A stretch of 64,000 nt of DNA. It comes from an uncultured Bacteroidota bacterium. Its GTDB lineage: Bacteria > Bacteroidota > Bacteroidia > UBA4408. Shown one piece after another: positions 61,506 to 64,000 of the stretch. The stretch covers positions 9,414-73,413 of the forward strand of contig CAIKXD010000028.1 in assembly GCA_903831265.1 (NCBI GenBank). The letters are read 5' to 3'. The translations under genes were made by a program, and so were the position numbers. Under the pieces are notes generated by a model that worked only from the letters and a program-made list of their open reading frames with translations, had not been told where the DNA came from and did not search any database. Positions within the stretch are counted from its first letter, which is position 1, and each line of letters starts with the position of its first letter.

Positions 61506-61568
61506 ATTTGAGATTTTAAATAAATATCTTTTGATCTAATTATTTACTTTTACAGAAAATAAAAACAA

Positions 61569-62015
61569 ATGAAAAAAAACTTTATAGCTATTATAGCGCT
61601 TGGTTTAAGCCTATCTAATGATGTTTTAGCACAAAGTAATCATGAAGAAATATTACCTCCGGCAGAAAAGCCTGCAGTTGTAGAACAAGAAAAAGATGTA
61701 CCGTTTGTTTTAGTAGAGCAAATGCCCAAATTTCCGGGGGGCGAAAATGCTATGTTCAAATATATTAGCGATAATATTGTGTATCCAAAAGCTGCGCAAA
61801 AATCTGGTATTGCTGGCACAGTTTACATTTTTTTTATTATTGATAAAAAAGGGAATGTTACTAGCACCGAAGTAAGGAGAGGTGTGAAAGGCGGTGAAGA
61901 GTTAAATGCTGAAGCTTTAAGAGTGATTAAGGAAATGCCTCAATGGGAACCAGGATATCAAAATGGCAAACCTGTGAGCGTGCAGTTGACAGTTCCCATT
62001 AAATTTACCTTATAG
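61569..62015 (+). CDS. TonB C-terminal domain protein
   Basis: VEQMPKFPGG, IVYP..A...I.GTVYI.F.ID..G, EALRVI..MP.WEPG.QNGKPV.V...PIKF. Confidence 0.9.
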   Translation: MKKNFIAIIALGLSLSNDVLAQSNHEEILPPAEKPAVVEQEKDVPFVLVEQMPKFPGGENAMFKYISDNIVYPKAAQKSGIAGTVYIFFIIDKKGNVTSTEVRRGVKGGEELNAEALRVIKEMPQWEPGYQNGKPVSVQLTVPIKFTL

Positions 62016-62035
62016 GATTTACAATTACACAAATA

Positions 62036-62497
62036 ATGAAAAACATTTTTTTAGTGGTCGCCATACTTTTAGGAAGCCGAATTTCAATAGCACAAACACA
62101 AGATTCGGAGCAACTTATACAAGCGCCAAAAGCTGTTGAAGAATCTCCTCAAGAGGAAACTTTTGTGATTGTGGAAAAAATGCCAGAGTTTCCGGGTGGA
62201 CAAGCGGCATTAATGCACTATTTAAACAGTAAAATAAAATATCCCGAAGAATGCCGTAAAATGGGTGTTGAAGGAAAAGTGTTTGTAAAATTTATTGTGG
62301 ACGCCACAGGCAATATAATCAATGTTCAAGTATTGCGTGGTGTTGTAGATGGAAAATTACTTGAAAAAGAAGCGATAAGAGTGGTTGAGTCAATGCCAAA
62401 TTGGAAACCAGGAACACAAGGAGGAAAAGCTGTAAGCGTATATTTTACGTTGCCTATTTCGTTTAAATTAGATGCCGTTTCAGAAGAAAATAAGTAA
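62036..62497 (+). CDS. TonB C-terminal domain protein (tandem paralog)
   Basis: VEKMPEFPGG, YP....MGVEGKVFVKF.VD, EAIRVV..MP.WKPG.Q.GK.V.V.F.LPISF. Confidence 0.9.
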   Translation: MKNIFLVVAILLGSRISIAQTQDSEQLIQAPKAVEESPQEETFVIVEKMPEFPGGQAALMHYLNSKIKYPEECRKMGVEGKVFVKFIVDATGNIINVQVLRGVVDGKLLEKEAIRVVESMPNWKPGTQGGKAVSVYFTLPISFKLDAVSEENK

Positions 62498-62516
62498 TCA
62501 GTTTTACATACTATAA

Positions 62517-63380
62517 TTGAAATTTAATTCCTTTTCATTTTTATTTTTCTTGATTAGCATTACACTCTTAAGTGCATGCTATGGCAAGTTTACCATGAAC
62601 AACAAGGAGCTTAAAGCCTATTACAAAACGCATCAACCAACTCCTAATTTTTTACAATATGATACACTAGGTCATGCTGTTTTTTATGCGCATGCAGGCG
62701 CTAAAGAATTACCCTTATTGTTATTTATACATGGTGCTCCAGGCCGATGGTATGGCTACATCGACTATTTAAGCGATAGCACTTTATTAAAAAACTTTCA
62801 AATGATTTCTATAGACCGAGCTGGCTATGGCAACTCTACTAAAGGAGGTACAGTAACATCTATTGCGCAACAAGCATTACTCTTACAACCTATTATTGAC
62901 AAATACAGCAAGGTGCCTATTATAATTATTGGACGCAGTTACGGTGGCCCAATTGCTTCGTATTTAGCAGCATTAAACAAAGTAAAAGTAAAAGCACTTT
63001 TGCTTATTTCAAACGCTGCCGATCCCAAGTTAGAAAAGTTTTGGTGGTTTTCGAAACCGGTACAAAGTAGCCTTGGAAAATTACTATTTAAAAAGCCAAT
63101 TAATGTATCAAGCGATGAAAAATTTGCGCATCAAAAAGAACTTGAAAAAATGACACCGTTGTGGAAGGAAATTATTCAGCCTACAATTATTTTACAGGGT
63201 GGAAAAGATTACATCATTTATCCCCAAAACGGAAAATATACTGATAGTGTTTTAGTGAATGCACCGCATCAATATATATTTCTTCCTAACAATGGACATT
63301 TAATCTCAAACGAGCAGCCCTCGCTGGTAAAAAATTGCTTGTTTGATTTGATAAATCAAGTATGTATTTCTCCTAACTAA
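62517..63380 (+). CDS. Alpha/beta hydrolase, probable lipoprotein
   Basis: LSAC lipobox; FIHGAPG, DRAGYG.S, GRSYGG nucleophile elbow, ILQG.KD, GH. Confidence 0.88.
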   Translation: MKFNSFSFLFFLISITLLSACYGKFTMNNKELKAYYKTHQPTPNFLQYDTLGHAVFYAHAGAKELPLLLFIHGAPGRWYGYIDYLSDSTLLKNFQMISIDRAGYGNSTKGGTVTSIAQQALLLQPIIDKYSKVPIIIIGRSYGGPIASYLAALNKVKVKALLLISNAADPKLEKFWWFSKPVQSSLGKLLFKKPINVSSDEKFAHQKELEKMTPLWKEIIQPTIILQGGKDYIIYPQNGKYTDSVLVNAPHQYIFLPNNGHLISNEQPSLVKNCLFDLINQVCISPN

Positions 63381-63450
63381 AAGCACAGAAATCGATTTGG
63401 CTCTAAACTATTAGCCCTTATTTTTGTTTGCAAATTATACTTTATAAAAA

Positions 63451-64000
63451 TTGAACGCTACGCCCATCATTCAAACCACACAGTTAAGTAAACAATTCGA
63501 CAAGTTTACAGCGGTAAATAAGTTAGATTTAACTATATACCAAGGCGATGTATATGGCTTTTTAGGACCAAATGGCGCAGGCAAAAGCACCACCATAAGA
63601 ATGTTGATGAGCTTAATATTTCCGAGTGCTGGCAGTATTTCCATTTTTGGTAAAGAATTAAAAGATAATCGTGAACATATTTTAAGTCGTATTGGCGCTA
63701 TTATTGAAAAGCCCGATTTTTATAATTACCTCACTGCGCTTCAAAATTTAGAAATGCTAAACAAGTTGCAATCTGCCCGATTAAGCAAAGATAAATTGTA
63801 TGAAATATTAGAGCTTGTTGGATTAAAAGGGAGAGAAAAAAGCAAGGTAAAAACATTTTCGCAAGGGATGAAACAACGCTTAGGTTTTGCGCAAGCCTTG
63901 ATGCATAATCCTGATTTAATTATTTTAGATGAGCCCACCAATGGACTTGATCCACAAGGCGTAAAAGATGTGCGCGATTTAATTTTAAAGCTCAACAAAG
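63451..64000 (+). CDS. ABC transporter ATP-binding protein, partial (runs off the window; absent from the ORF track)
   Basis: TTG start; GFLGPNGAGKSTT Walker A, FSQGMKQRLG signature, LIILDEPTNGLDP Walker B. Confidence 0.92.
   Translation, partial: MNATPIIQTTQLSKQFDKFTAVNKLDLTIYQGDVYGFLGPNGAGKSTTIRMLMSLIFPSAGSISIFGKELKDNREHILSRIGAIIEKPDFYNYLTALQNLEMLNKLQSARLSKDKLYEILELVGLKGREKSKVKTFSQGMKQRLGFAQALMHNPDLIILDEPTNGLDPQGVKDVRDLILKLNK

Noticed and set aside
61182..61568. Possible tRNA next to coaX
   Set aside because: No cloverleaf, TTC loop or GC-rich stems visible
63741..63998. 85-aa minus-strand ORF
   Set aside because: Antisense shadow of the partial ABC ATPase on the plus strand

Overview
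AT-rich Bacteroidota chromosome segment, judged from T9SS C-terminal domains, TAnnTTTG promoter boxes and the coaX-lptC gene order. Housekeeping genes (lysS end, purK/purE, mfd, mutS, rlpA, PhoH-family, adenine deaminase, lptC, coaX) surround three accessory blocks. (1) The ~20-kb locus at 2.5-22.3 kb is the best candidate for an undescribed system. It has two TonB-dependent receptors without SusD partners, two paralogous beta-helix surface proteins (one with a T9SS CTD, one with a dockerin-like tail), four T9SS cargo proteins sharing an unnamed ~250-aa domain, a FISUMP lipoprotein, a degenerate ArsR regulator and a PID-CTERM micro-protein. Its promoters carry in-phase 11-bp (T/A/G)TAAC direct repeats resembling a Pho box. 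The same promoter geometry recurs upstream of a 61-aa ORF at 61.4 kb and partly upstream of the PhoH-family gene. (2) A three-photolyase/cryptochrome operon with TspO, DUF2071 and a DUF2256 gene missed by the ORF track. (3) An ECF sigma / beta-barrel anti-sigma / PKD / T9SS adhesin operon. Non-coding finds are two MITE families (one pair brackets a LamG gene) and two copies of a structured Flavo-1-like element with compensatory base changes. I found no rRNA, tRNA or CRISPR array. All family assignments are by motif recognition, not database search.
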